A stretch of DNA of 64,000 nt from Promethearchaeia archaeon (GCA_029856145.1 JAHQWK010000001.1:352001-416000), one strand, 5' to 3'; positions 19,070-30,088 are shown, counted from the first letter of the stretch. Notes: generated by a model from the letters alone, not told the origin. Program-made: numbers and translations.

Positions 19070-20569
19070 ATGAAAATTGAGGATAACATAGAAACATTCA
19101 ATTCATTAGTTAAACGACGAGGATTTATTTGGGGGCCTTCCCCAGAAATTTATGGTGGTCTCGCAGGCTTTTATTCTTATGGCCCAGCTGGAATGTCTCT
19201 TAAGAATAATATATTAAATCTATTTAGGCGAGAATTACGTTATTTTGGATTCGGAGAAGTTGAATGTCCAACGATTTTGCCTGAAATTGTATGGATAGCA
19301 TCTGGACATTTAGAACGTTTTATTGATCCTGTTATTAAATGCGATAAATGTAGTACCCTATATAGGGCGGATAAATTCCTTCAAGAAAGGCTTCCAGATC
19401 TTATGATAGATGGCATATCAATTCAAGAGATGGAGGATTTAATTCAGAAAAACAATTTATTATGCCCAAAATGCGATACTGCTTTTACTAAAATAGAAGA
19501 ATATAATCTAATGTTAAAAACACAAGTGGGAAATAACGTTACTGCGTATTTAAGGCCAGAAACAGCCACAACAACGTATTTATTATTCAACCGTTTAGAT
19601 CAAAATGCAAGACGACAATATCCAATTAAAGTTTACCAATTTGGAAAAGTTTATCGGAATGAAATCTCTCCACGACAAGGTGTTCTTCGAATGAGAGCAT
19701 TTGATCAATTTGAACTGCAGATGTTTATAGGTAAACAACAAGAAATGGCATTTGAAGATTATGAGGAATTTAAAAAGGAAACTTTACCACTATTAGATTG
19801 GCAACTTCAAGAGAAGAAAATTGATAAACCGCAAATAATTTCACTAGAAAAAGCAATTAAAACTAATCTTCTTAAAAAGCCAGCATACGCATATTGTCTT
19901 TATGTCACTTACTATTTAACTAAAATACTGGGGATTCCAGAAGAGGTTATTAGATTTAGACAGCATTCAATAAACGAACGCGCTCACTATGCTGATGATG
20001 CTTGGGATTTGGAAATAAAAACAAAACAATTTGGATGGGTCGAAATTTGTGGGGTTCACGACAGGACAGATTATGATTTAAGAAGACATGCAGAATTTTC
20101 GAAGCAAAACTTTGAAGTGAATATAAGTCCTGATTCAAATGTTAAAGAAATCCCCCACGTTCTTGAAATCGCATTTGGAATTGATAGAATTATCTACACT
20201 TTACTTGAAACATCTTTTAAAGTAGAAGAAGGAAGAATTAATTTGAAACTAAAACCACCGTTAGCTCCGAATACCGTGGCTGTCTTTCCACTCGTTAAAA
20301 ATAAAGAAAATATTAGAACCTTGGCCTTAAAAGTTCATAGAGATTTATTAGAAAATCGTATCAACTCATTTTTTGATGTTGCAGGTTCTATAGGAAAAAG
20401 ATATCGAAGACAAGACGAAATTGGTACAACATATTGTATTACAATTGACTATGAATCTTTAGAAGATAATTCAGTAACTATTAGATTTAGAGATTCAATG
20501 AAACAAGAACGAGTTAAAATTAATGAATTGGTAGAGATCTTGAGAAACAAACTTAGAACCTTTAAGTAA
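19070..20569 (+). CDS. glyS: Glycine--tRNA ligase (archaeal/eukaryotic alpha2 type)
   Basis: YLRPETA, RNEISPRQGVLRMR, ERAHYA, anticodon-domain SIGKRYRRQDEIG. Confidence 0.96.
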   Translation: MKIEDNIETFNSLVKRRGFIWGPSPEIYGGLAGFYSYGPAGMSLKNNILNLFRRELRYFGFGEVECPTILPEIVWIASGHLERFIDPVIKCDKCSTLYRADKFLQERLPDLMIDGISIQEMEDLIQKNNLLCPKCDTAFTKIEEYNLMLKTQVGNNVTAYLRPETATTTYLLFNRLDQNARRQYPIKVYQFGKVYRNEISPRQGVLRMRAFDQFELQMFIGKQQEMAFEDYEEFKKETLPLLDWQLQEKKIDKPQIISLEKAIKTNLLKKPAYAYCLYVTYYLTKILGIPEEVIRFRQHSINERAHYADDAWDLEIKTKQFGWVEICGVHDRTDYDLRRHAEFSKQNFEVNISPDSNVKEIPHVLEIAFGIDRIIYTLLETSFKVEEGRINLKLKPPLAPNTVAVFPLVKNKENIRTLALKVHRDLLENRINSFFDVAGSIGKRYRRQDEIGTTYCITIDYESLEDNSVTIRFRDSMKQERVKINELVEILRNKLRTFK

Positions 20570-20797
20570 GTTAAGGTAACGAGAATTCTTCCTTTTAAAA
20601 ATTCTAAATCTTTGTTAATTAACTTCAATATATAAATCTATATTATAAAGAAGAGAATCAAATCTTAAACAATTGATAAATATTGTGATCTATTTGAAAC
20701 TGTCAGAAAAAATTTTAAAGAGAAGGAATTTTTTACAAATATAATTTAAAAAGTAAATTTCAGTAAATACTTATTTGATTTCTTTATTTACAATAAA

Positions 20798-23584
20798 ATG
20801 AAATTTTTTAATTTATTCGATATTGGAAAGAGAAAAAACCAGAAAAAGCAAGGTATAAAATTATTAATTTGCTTATTTTTTACATTTATAATTTTACTGA
20901 ATTTTTTATTTATTACCAATAATAATCATAAAATTATATCTTCCGAGGAGAACTTCTTCCCAAATAATTTCAATAACAATTCAACTATTAATAACCTACA
21001 AACAAGCTCCCCAATTTCAATCCTTCAGGACCCATTTACAAAAAATTTTGATCAAGTACGCCAATTTTTCGAGAATAACTATCAATCAAGTTTAGATTTT
21101 GATATTTCTATGTATTATAGATACGGAGATACTGATGGCGATATTACTGACGATAGAATTTTTTCAGAAGATAATTTACTCTATTATAAGTCATTAATGC
21201 AAACGGAAATAAATGATATTGAAACATATGAGATTTATTTAGATTTAAAAGATACTACTCTGTGGTATGAGGGTAATACTGATGAATACAAATATGGCTT
21301 TGTTAGATCGATTGATGATACTGGGGAAATAAAGAACGACAAAAGGTTTTTAAATGATAATTTAATGCCAATTTTCCTGTTAATTGAAAATATTGGTGAT
21401 GATATTAATAGTTTCGCTGTTAGGGGAACAATTCCAAGGCATTCCATTAATGAAATGTTCCATCTAGTAAATTCTTCTCAATTTTGGGATGATAGATATA
21501 ATTATAATGGATTTTACAATTACAATTCTTCAAATACTAAGTATGCTGAAAGTAATTTTTATGCCATTCTAGCAAACCTCTTAATTCATCGAAGTTACCA
21601 AAATCTCGGTTTAGAACAAGTTATTCGAGATCGTGCTTATGAACTAGCAAATCTAACTATAGTTGACATGGTTGACAACGAGTATATGTGGGACGCATCA
21701 TATAAAGCCTTTTACCATGATGCTAATAGTAATTGGGATACGTCTCTTGCGGGACAAAAATCTTATCACTTAAGTACAAATGCTTTAGGTATAATTACAT
21801 TATTAGAATTTTGGGTTGAATCTGGTATGGCAAATGATTCAATATATTATGAAAATGCTATTGATCTTTATAGAAAGCTTGATTATTTATATGATAACGG
21901 TCTTTATAAGAAAATTGCTACTCCTCAATGGACTAGTATATCTGACCATAATAAAGACCTTGCAGATAACGCTTTGATGATGAGTGCTTGTTTGAAGTTA
22001 TTTGAAGTTACAGGAAATATAACATACTATAATAGGGCATTAAAAATATACAATTCTATTGAAGATAATCTATATGACAATATTAATACTGCTTATAATT
22101 TTTCTTTTACAAACACTACTAAATCATTTCACTCAAATCTTAAATTGGGTGATACATATTTAGATGCTTTTATGATCTATAGTAGCACAGTTTTAAACAC
22201 CGTTTATAATGTATCAGGAGAAGTACCCGATTTTATTTTTAATCAAGATAATATGAATTTAACTTCGGTTTATTCATTTAAAAAAATTGGTCAATATTTT
22301 AACCCAGAAAATGGCTCTTATGGGCTTTATACCGTACGATATGATCTTACTAACTTTAGTATTAATTATATTTTTAAATACCCTAATGGGACTTTCTTTT
22401 ATGAGTTTGGAGATTTTATTGGAGATCCTGAAACTTCCTATACTCTTTTATATGACATTGAGGACACTCTCCCTATAAGTGATGGATATTTTATTTATTT
22501 GTGGGCCAACACATCTTATTTCAAATTGACTGATACCATAAAACACTTTAATGTTATTTCTGGATTATTTAGTGAGTCAATTCAGGGATTACCACGAATT
22601 CTATATCATGGACCAATTGTGAATGTATCTATAAATATCAACTATAACCGTAGTGAAGAATCAGTATTGACAGCATCTTTAGAAGGGCAAGATATTGTAA
22701 ATTACCCATCTCAAGAGATTAATTTTACAGCTTTTCAAGAAACTCGAATAGATTTTAACCTCACAGCTAAATTTGATGCTGAACCCGGAAGTAGTGAAAT
22801 ATCTTTCAAAATTAAAAAGGGTAATGTAGTTTATTTAGAAATAATAAAGATAATAGAAATTGGATACTCATTTGATTATAGCAACTTTCTTTATCAAAAT
22901 ACAGTAGTTAAAGGAGATATTATATTTTTATCTATGACATTGAAAAATTTTCTCCCAAATGCAACCCAATCTTTAAATGTGAGTTTTACAGGAATTACAG
23001 AAGACTCCATTGAAGATTTTATACAAGAGGAAACATTAAGTGAAAATGAAATAAGAACTGTGTCATATTACTTAAGAACTTTAGAATCTATATCAAATAA
23101 TACAATTAAGATAAAAATGGAAATTTTAATTAACGCTACGAAATATTATTCGAGAATCTTTAAAGTTGAAATAATACCAAAATTTGAGATTTTAAGTACT
23201 ACTTTCCCTGATACAATACCTCAAGGCGAAACGGCTTATTTAATTGTTATTATCCAAAACAATCAAGCAAACCCAGAAGTATTTTCATTATATATAAATA
23301 ACGTAAAACAAAGAACTAATATTGTTGAGTTGAATACAGGGGAAAACATAATTATAGCAAGTTTAGTACCCACTATTAATCCTTATGAATTTGGGATAAA
23401 GAAATATAGAGTTGTTTTAAAGGATAGTAAAGATGCCGAAATTGCTTTACTTTATTTTGAACTAACTCTTGAATTATCAAGTTTAAATCTAATTTTATTC
23501 TATATCTTGCCTATTGTAGCACCTATCGGAATTATTTTGTATTTTAAAAATAAATATATTAAACATAAGAAATTAAGAAGATGA
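20798..23584 (+). CDS. Large membrane-anchored extracellular protein: (alpha/alpha)6-barrel-like domain plus Ig-like domains
   Basis: N-terminal TM/signal; WD..YNGFY, KDLADNALMMSA and LFEVTGN..YYNRA resemble six-hairpin glycosidase-like repeats; beta-rich C-half; C-terminal TM plus basic tail; many NxS/T sequons. Confidence 0.65.
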   Translation: MKFFNLFDIGKRKNQKKQGIKLLICLFFTFIILLNFLFITNNNHKIISSEENFFPNNFNNNSTINNLQTSSPISILQDPFTKNFDQVRQFFENNYQSSLDFDISMYYRYGDTDGDITDDRIFSEDNLLYYKSLMQTEINDIETYEIYLDLKDTTLWYEGNTDEYKYGFVRSIDDTGEIKNDKRFLNDNLMPIFLLIENIGDDINSFAVRGTIPRHSINEMFHLVNSSQFWDDRYNYNGFYNYNSSNTKYAESNFYAILANLLIHRSYQNLGLEQVIRDRAYELANLTIVDMVDNEYMWDASYKAFYHDANSNWDTSLAGQKSYHLSTNALGIITLLEFWVESGMANDSIYYENAIDLYRKLDYLYDNGLYKKIATPQWTSISDHNKDLADNALMMSACLKLFEVTGNITYYNRALKIYNSIEDNLYDNINTAYNFSFTNTTKSFHSNLKLGDTYLDAFMIYSSTVLNTVYNVSGEVPDFIFNQDNMNLTSVYSFKKIGQYFNPENGSYGLYTVRYDLTNFSINYIFKYPNGTFFYEFGDFIGDPETSYTLLYDIEDTLPISDGYFIYLWANTSYFKLTDTIKHFNVISGLFSESIQGLPRILYHGPIVNVSININYNRSEESVLTASLEGQDIVNYPSQEINFTAFQETRIDFNLTAKFDAEPGSSEISFKIKKGNVVYLEIIKIIEIGYSFDYSNFLYQNTVVKGDIIFLSMTLKNFLPNATQSLNVSFTGITEDSIEDFIQEETLSENEIRTVSYYLRTLESISNNTIKIKMEILINATKYYSRIFKVEIIPKFEILSTTFPDTIPQGETAYLIVIIQNNQANPEVFSLYINNVKQRTNIVELNTGENIIIASLVPTINPYEFGIKKYRVVLKDSKDAEIALLYFELTLELSSLNLILFYILPIVAPIGIILYFKNKYIKHKKLRR

Positions 23585-23591
23585 GGATATT

Positions 23592-25289
23592 TTGGTAACA
23601 AGACGAGTTCAAAATAAAGCTTTAATTTTATTCATTGTCATGAGCTTTTTTTTAGGTTTTGCAAGTATTTCATTAAATAATTCACAAGTAATTAATTATA
23701 CTCAAAATATGGAACAAAAAATGCCTGAAATTGCTCAACCCGCCTTATCATATGGGGCGATATCGCAAAATGCTACAAGAATATATCGTTTGTTTGAATC
23801 AGTTAATTTCACGATAAATACATTTAATTTAGGTGATTCAGATTACGCAAAAATGCAAATATCATTTAGCAATAGTTCAACTAAATTTTTCGACATGATA
23901 TTTATAGGTAATAATAAATTCAGGTGTGAATATAGACCAGAGTACAATGCACCGTTAGGATTTCAGAACGTAAGTTTTCTAGTTTATAATGACACTCAAT
24001 TAATAAATTCACATACTACTTACACGAATTTCACAATTGATACAAATTATATGGTAAACCTTTATGACGAATTATATGAAATTAGTTTTGAATATTACAT
24101 TGAAGACATATTAAATGCACATATAAAAGTGTGTAATTTAAGTAATTATGACTTTACTTGGAATACAACTATTGTTGATAGTTTAGATGAATCAGTTCAA
24201 AATAAAACAATAAGTTTTGAGAGAAATATTGTTCAGTTCACTGTTCCGTTAAAAAATGAGACTTTCAGAAAAAACCAATTCTATTATATCCAATTAAATA
24301 TGACTGATAAAAATTTGGGGAGAAAAAAAACTGCCTATTTTCCTTTTTATGTAAGAAATAATCAACCAATAATTGCTTCACCTATCAATTTGTCTCCTGA
24401 AGAAGTATTTAGAACAGATGATTTTACAATCTCATTTAATGCCACCGATATTGAGAGTAAATCAGAAGATCTGATACCATGGATGTATATTTATGATGCC
24501 GAAGGTGAACTAGTACGTCATAATAGAATAGCATTTGATAGTAATAATTTTTTCTCAGAAACTTTTAATATTCCTGCAGATAGCCCTATTGGTAAATATA
24601 GAGTTAACGTGACACTTACTGACACACATGGCGCATTTTCATCAAAAGTAATTTTTCTTACTGTTAAAAATAACGCACCTGAAATTCATTCTTATAGCAT
24701 TAATGGATTAAACATGGATCAAACTATTTCTATATTTTATGGCAGAAACTTAGTTTTTTCTTTTAATGTATCTGACACTGAAGGAGTAGCATATGTTAAG
24801 GTTGCCTTATTAAATGAAAATAATGAATGGTTTAATATTACACGAACCTATATCGGAGAAAACACTGAAATTACTATTAGAACTTTCGATTTAATTGATG
24901 GGATTTGGTATGTATATATTTATGTCATAGATTCAGATGGTACAGTTATAAGTCTTACTGATGACTATGATAAAGCGCCTCAAGGAATAAGAATAATCCC
25001 AGATATTATAAGTTATTATTTACCATGGATCTTATTTTTTGGTGGAATAAGTTTTGGGCTCCTTTTGGGTATTGTTGCTGCCTATAGTTATTTCAAATCA
25101 AGAGGAGAACCTCAAAGAATTACACCTAAGAAGAAAGAAATGTCCGCTAAAAAGCCAAGTATTAAGAAAAAATTAAAAGCAAAACCTATTAAAGAGGAAC
25201 CTGAGAAGAAAGAAATTGAAGAATTGAAACCTGAGAAGGAAAAAGAAAAAGAAGAAGTTCCTCAAAGAAAAATAAAAAGAAAATTATAA
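23592..25289 (+). CDS. Type-I membrane protein with Ig-like repeats and charged cytoplasmic tail
   Basis: Signal peptide, repeats NNQPII/NNAPEI with GKYRVNVTLTD, one TM, K/E-rich tail. Operonic with the upstream gene (7-bp gap). Confidence 0.7.
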   Translation: MVTRRVQNKALILFIVMSFFLGFASISLNNSQVINYTQNMEQKMPEIAQPALSYGAISQNATRIYRLFESVNFTINTFNLGDSDYAKMQISFSNSSTKFFDMIFIGNNKFRCEYRPEYNAPLGFQNVSFLVYNDTQLINSHTTYTNFTIDTNYMVNLYDELYEISFEYYIEDILNAHIKVCNLSNYDFTWNTTIVDSLDESVQNKTISFERNIVQFTVPLKNETFRKNQFYYIQLNMTDKNLGRKKTAYFPFYVRNNQPIIASPINLSPEEVFRTDDFTISFNATDIESKSEDLIPWMYIYDAEGELVRHNRIAFDSNNFFSETFNIPADSPIGKYRVNVTLTDTHGAFSSKVIFLTVKNNAPEIHSYSINGLNMDQTISIFYGRNLVFSFNVSDTEGVAYVKVALLNENNEWFNITRTYIGENTEITIRTFDLIDGIWYVYIYVIDSDGTVISLTDDYDKAPQGIRIIPDIISYYLPWILFFGGISFGLLLGIVAAYSYFKSRGEPQRITPKKKEMSAKKPSIKKKLKAKPIKEEPEKKEIEELKPEKEKEKEEVPQRKIKRKL

Positions 25290-25319
25290 ATTCTTGTTTA
25301 ATCTCTTTTTTTATTTTTG

Positions 25320-26231
25320 TTAACTTAAAATATCGTAAAGTCGATATTGAAATTTACCAAGTGTTCCCCCGTAATTACCTGCGGATATACGATTTATCCC
25401 TGAAACTTTTACTGCGGCTTCAATTCCTAATTTTATTGCTTTTTTAATAGCTTCTTCAGTAGCGCCATCAAGAACAATTTCGTAAACACAGTTATCTCCT
25501 TCTCTTAATTCTGAATCTTCTATTTTATTTTTAAGAGTTGGACAATACTTTTGATTAGTAGAAGCCCGCATAAATTCATACTTTGATCCAACTTTAGATC
25601 CAGAACGTACAATACCACCAGGGAATGGCGCAATTACATTAGGAATATCTTTAATTGCTTCCATTGAATTTTCAGCTGCTTCTAAAGCAGAACCTTGATC
25701 TTTTCCAATAATTAAGAAATTACCACCAGCTATTCCTTTTCCCACTTTAAAAGAGCTTTGAACAATAAATTCACCCTCCATAACGGGAATTTTAAAAACT
25801 TCAAATGGATAAATACCTTCAAGTTTTTCTTGGAATCCATCACCAAAAAATTTTAAATTATTACCAGATTTTACTTCAAATTCCTTAGAACGATCAAGGG
25901 AGTCAATTAGAGCATCAAAACATGCAGTTGTAGGGCAGGTTAGAACACATTCACCAATTCGATGTGTTAAAACCATACTCATCTCATCTTTTTTGTTCTT
26001 AAAAAACATTAATATTACTCCTGGGCGTTTATCTGGGGTATTTTCCGCATTAACAAAAAGATCAATTCCAGCTTCAGCATCGCAACCAATTGTTGATGTA
26101 CCATACCCAGTTGCTTCCTGAGCAGCTATCGTAGTCCATCTCTTATTCCTTGCTGTCACTAAAACTCGAGTAAAAACAGTTCCAAAAGCTTCACAGAAAG
26201 TATCTTCAATCTCCACACCATTAATCTCCAT
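25320..26231 (-). CDS. ftr: Formylmethanofuran--tetrahydromethanopterin formyltransferase
   Basis: MEINGVEIEDTFCEAF, TPDKRPG, RIGECVLTCPTT, RSGSKVGS, ISAGNYGG. Confidence 0.96.
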   Translation of the reverse strand: MEINGVEIEDTFCEAFGTVFTRVLVTARNKRWTTIAAQEATGYGTSTIGCDAEAGIDLFVNAENTPDKRPGVILMFFKNKKDEMSMVLTHRIGECVLTCPTTACFDALIDSLDRSKEFEVKSGNNLKFFGDGFQEKLEGIYPFEVFKIPVMEGEFIVQSSFKVGKGIAGGNFLIIGKDQGSALEAAENSMEAIKDIPNVIAPFPGGIVRSGSKVGSKYEFMRASTNQKYCPTLKNKIEDSELREGDNCVYEIVLDGATEEAIKKAIKLGIEAAVKVSGINRISAGNYGGTLGKFQYRLYDILS

Positions 26232-26402
26232 TTTGAATAATTCACCTTAAAATTGTAATTTTTTTTTTTTTTATATAATTTGTATTTACTAATAGAGTTC
26301 CTTGTTTTATAAAATTTAAAACAAAAAATAAAAACATTGAAAAATTGTAAGGTTATATAACTTAAATTTTAAAATTCGAATTAATAAAAAAGCTTGTTAA
26401 AA

Positions 26403-27248
26403 ATGAGCGAAGAAGAGAAAATACTTAAAATCGGTATCCTCAAGAATGGTACCATCGGCTCATCAGTCCTATTGGCTTTTCTCATGGACGAAAGGGCTGA
26501 ATCCACAAGAATTAATGTATATGAAGTAACATCTGGAGCGAAGATGCACCCTCCATCCGTCTGTACTGCAACAATGGAAGATTTATTAAAATGGGAGCCA
26601 GAATTAATAATAATGTCTAGTCCAAATGCTTCTTTACCGGGTCCTAAAGCAGTTAGGGAAATGGCAGGAGCGATCCCTACTATAGTAATTTCTGATGCCC
26701 CTGCTAAAAAATCTATTGATGAAATAAAAGAAAAGAATATGGGGTACATATTAGTGAATTGTGATAGTATGATCGGAGCACGCAGACCTTTTCTTGATCC
26801 CGTTGAAATGAGTATTTTTAACTCAGATTTATTAAAGGTGCTTGCAATCACAGGAGCGCTTCAAGTAATTGCTGAAGAATTAAATAAAGTCATAATGGAT
26901 ATGCTTGAGAATAGATCAACCTCTTTACCTCAAATTATCATCGATGCGAATATAGCTACAGAAGCTGCTAAATTTTCTAATCCTTATGCAAAAGCTAAAG
27001 CGATCGCTGCATTTGAACTAGCAGCTTCAGTTTCTAAAGTTACTGGAAAAGCGTGTTTCCAATTAAAAGAAAGACCTGACTATATGCCATTATTAGCGGC
27101 AGCCCACGAAATGATGAGGACTGCAGCTCTCCTGTGTGATGAAGCAAGAGAAATTGAAAAATCTAATGATACAGTTATAAGAAGACCACATCATGCAAAA
27201 CAACAAAAATTCTTAACAAAAATTGGGTTAGATGATAAAGAACAATAA
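26403..27248 (+). CDS. mtd: F420-dependent methylene-H4MPT dehydrogenase
   Basis: DERA, SGAKM, SPNASLPGP, DSMIGARRPFLDPVEM, NPYAKAKA, AAHEMMR. Confidence 0.95.
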   Translation: MSEEEKILKIGILKNGTIGSSVLLAFLMDERAESTRINVYEVTSGAKMHPPSVCTATMEDLLKWEPELIIMSSPNASLPGPKAVREMAGAIPTIVISDAPAKKSIDEIKEKNMGYILVNCDSMIGARRPFLDPVEMSIFNSDLLKVLAITGALQVIAEELNKVIMDMLENRSTSLPQIIIDANIATEAAKFSNPYAKAKAIAAFELAASVSKVTGKACFQLKERPDYMPLLAAAHEMMRTAALLCDEAREIEKSNDTVIRRPHHAKQQKFLTKIGLDDKEQ

Positions 27249-27315
27249 TAAAATACTAAATAATCATAATTTTTTAAAAATCTAATTTTTTATTTTCAAT
27301 CTTTTAAACTTCTAT

Positions 27316-28281
27316 TTAAAAATCAGAAGATTTCAAATAAAGTATTAAGTTTTTAAATTCATCGCCAGTTAACGCATTCATGACACTTGAAAATACTTCA
27401 GTTTGTTTGTTTCTTGTTACAGCCATTAAAACTGCTCCGTTACTAACTTCTTTCACTAAAATCCAACAATTATCCGATTCATAGACGATAGTAGATAATG
27501 ATAAAGGAGAAAGATTTGAAACGCTTTGAAGTTCCATAATTTGCTGATAAATACTATAAATATTAGAATCTAAAGTCCCAATTTCAAATTTCATAAATTT
27601 TAATGGTTTTGATTCAAATTTACCAAATGTAGAAGAAATCAATAATCCATCGGGTTGATTGAATAAAAGGTATTCTGATAAAGTATTGAGCTTTAATTCA
27701 TCCAATAAATGACGTATTTTTCCTAAACGTTGCAAAGACAAAGTATTCTTTTGAATTTCATAATCAAGAATTTCAATTAATCTATGTTGAGCACTCCCTT
27801 CTTTAACAGAAACAGGAGTAAATGAGAGTTTTGATATTAAACCATTATTCATATCCTTTGTTAGTATTTCATAGAAATTATCTTCCTTTGATTCTTTTAG
27901 ATCAATTTTATTTAGTAAAACATAGACTTTATCAATCTTAGGAGAGAATTCAAGGATATACTTCAAAAATTTATCAAAAATATCACGTACTTCAGGATCT
28001 ATCGCAGCAGAATCAACCATAAAAACAGCCGTGGCTGCCTCCGAAAATATCAGTTCCCGTTGGGATTCTGAGAAGTATCTTTCCATGTAGCGTTCTTGAC
28101 CGCCTAGATCCCAGACATTCAGCTCCATAATGCCACGGAAGATAAAGTTTTCCCTCGAAACCCCTTTAGTCGGTTTTAAGTTTAACACCTTCATAAAATT
28201 ATATCCAAGGCATGTTGTTCGCATTAATGACGTTTTTCCTGCTCCAGCTGGCCCAAAAAGTAAGATTTTTATGATTAACAA
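27316..28281 (-). CDS. Rag/Gtr1-like small GTPase with C-terminal roadblock-like domain
   Basis: G1 GPAGAGKTS, G3 WDLGGQERY, G4 NKID; C-terminal DGLLISS roadblock/longin-like region. Start may be ATC 28275 or ATA 28272. Confidence 0.85.
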   Translation of the reverse strand: MLIIKILLFGPAGAGKTSLMRTTCLGYNFMKVLNLKPTKGVSRENFIFRGIMELNVWDLGGQERYMERYFSESQRELIFSEAATAVFMVDSAAIDPEVRDIFDKFLKYILEFSPKIDKVYVLLNKIDLKESKEDNFYEILTKDMNNGLISKLSFTPVSVKEGSAQHRLIEILDYEIQKNTLSLQRLGKIRHLLDELKLNTLSEYLLFNQPDGLLISSTFGKFESKPLKFMKFEIGTLDSNIYSIYQQIMELQSVSNLSPLSLSTIVYESDNCWILVKEVSNGAVLMAVTRNKQTEVFSSVMNALTGDEFKNLILYLKSSDF

Positions 28282-28504
28282 CTCCTATCTATAACATTCG
28301 ATGAATTGAATAATAAAATTTTCATTTATATGCAACCCGATTTAGTATTTATTTTTTAATTACTTTTTATATATTTTTTATAAATTTATTTTTTATATAT
28401 TTTGCTTTTGTATGAATTTGATCTAATGACGATTCAATTAAATATCATTTTTAATTAATTTAAATAAATTGTATTCGAAAATTAAAAAGATAAAATGAAT
28501 TTAA

Positions 28505-29032
28505 ATGAATTTAGAAGATTATATAAGGAACGTACCTGATTTCCCTGTTGAGGGAATTCAGTTTAAAGATGTTACAACATTAGCGAAAGTACACTCAGCC
28601 TTTAAAGAATCGTGCGATAGAATTATTAATTACTATAGAGATAAAGGAATTACTAAAGTAGCAGCCATTGAAGCACGGGGATATGTGTGGGGTGGGGTTA
28701 TAGCTTATCAATTAGGTACTGGATTTGTTTTAATGAGAAAACCAGGTAAATTACCATATAAAACTCTAAAAGAAACTTATGAACTAGAGTATGGGACAGA
28801 TAGTATTGAAATGCACGTTGATGCAATTGAAGAAGGAGATAGAGTATTAGTTTTTGATGATTTATTAGCTACTGGAGGGACCGCCAAAGCAGCATGTAAT
28901 TTAGTAGAGAAGGCTGGTGGCGAAGTAATAGGAATAGCGTTTGTAATTGAATTAACAGGAAGTTTACATGGTAGAGATAAATTAGAAGGTTATAATATTC
29001 TTTCTTTAATTGAAATTCCAGTTGAAGAATGA
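28505..29032 (+). CDS. apt: Adenine phosphoribosyltransferase
   Basis: PDFPVEGIQFKD, RKPGKLP, YELEYG, DDLLATGGT. Confidence 0.96.
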   Translation: MNLEDYIRNVPDFPVEGIQFKDVTTLAKVHSAFKESCDRIINYYRDKGITKVAAIEARGYVWGGVIAYQLGTGFVLMRKPGKLPYKTLKETYELEYGTDSIEMHVDAIEEGDRVLVFDDLLATGGTAKAACNLVEKAGGEVIGIAFVIELTGSLHGRDKLEGYNILSLIEIPVEE

Positions 29033-29089
29033 AATAATCTCAACGCAACGCAAACTTGTTAAGGACATTTTTAAAAAACAATAATTTTT

Positions 29090-30088
29090 TTATATTCTTT
29101 CTAATTCTGGTGGAATATAGCCAAATGTATTAAAAAATCTTTTCCTTACCATATCGCTATTAAAATTTTGAGTTTGAGCTCCAGTTGTTTCCACTACAAA
29201 AGATCCAATTATTGCGCCTAATCGGCATGCATCCAATAGAGTCATATCTAAAGTTAAACCCGTTAGTATTCCAGCACGATATCCATCTCCTGCACCAGTA
29301 GTATCTTCGATCTTATTGGGGGCCGCAATAGGAATATGAACTTTAAAAATCTTATCATTCTCATCTTTATAAATCAATTTAGATCCTTTAGATCCTTCTG
29401 TTATTATAATTGCTTTGACATGTTCAAGAATATTCTCTTCAGTTAACTCGGATTTCTCTTTTATTTGATTTATTTCATGATTATTTCCAATTAATATTTC
29501 TGATTTCTTGAGCAGTTCTATTAAATTATCTTTTTTGAAAAGTGGTGTCACTTGGCCAGGATCAAATATAGAGGGGATTTTTAAATCACTTAACTGAAGA
29601 GCAAAATTAGCCATAGCTTCTACACTCTGTGTTGAATTTATAGCATAAACAAACTCTTCTGGATTTGAAATTTTCTCTTTTAGATCAATATCCTTACATT
29701 TATCTAAAGCACCACCATGAAAAATAATCATTTGATTAGATTTAATATCATTAACTATGTAACAAGCAGCAGTGAAAAGATCTTCATGCACATCAATGAG
29801 TAATTCAACGTTTTTAAATTGTTTTAAATGTCCCATATATCCCAAACTCTCAAAATCATCTCCTACCGAACCAAATAAAGAAACTTTTGCAATATTTAAA
29901 AGCCCTAGATTATAAGCAATATTACCGGCAGTTCCTCCAAAAAATTGATAACGACTGTCTGCTGTAACAGTACTTTGATATTCTTCCTTATCGTGATTGA
30001 TAGATACCGCGTTAATAAAATTCTCTTTAAAGGCCATAATATAATCAAAAGCCAATGATCCAAGAACCAGAACTTTGTTTTTTACCAT
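29090..30088 (-). CDS. PfkB-family nucleoside (adenosine-like) kinase
   Basis: GSLAFD, GGTAGNIAY, FDPGQ, DTTGAGDGYRAG. Confidence 0.88.
   Translation of the reverse strand: MVKNKVLVLGSLAFDYIMAFKENFINAVSINHDKEEYQSTVTADSRYQFFGGTAGNIAYNLGLLNIAKVSLFGSVGDDFESLGYMGHLKQFKNVELLIDVHEDLFTAACYIVNDIKSNQMIIFHGGALDKCKDIDLKEKISNPEEFVYAINSTQSVEAMANFALQLSDLKIPSIFDPGQVTPLFKKDNLIELLKKSEILIGNNHEINQIKEKSELTEENILEHVKAIIITEGSKGSKLIYKDENDKIFKVHIPIAAPNKIEDTTGAGDGYRAGILTGLTLDMTLLDACRLGAIIGSFVVETTGAQTQNFNSDMVRKRFFNTFGYIPPELERI

Noticed and set aside
23582-23594. Stop-codon readthrough fusing the two surface-protein genes
   Set aside because: The genes are in different frames, and the second has its own SD (GAGG), start codon and signal peptide.
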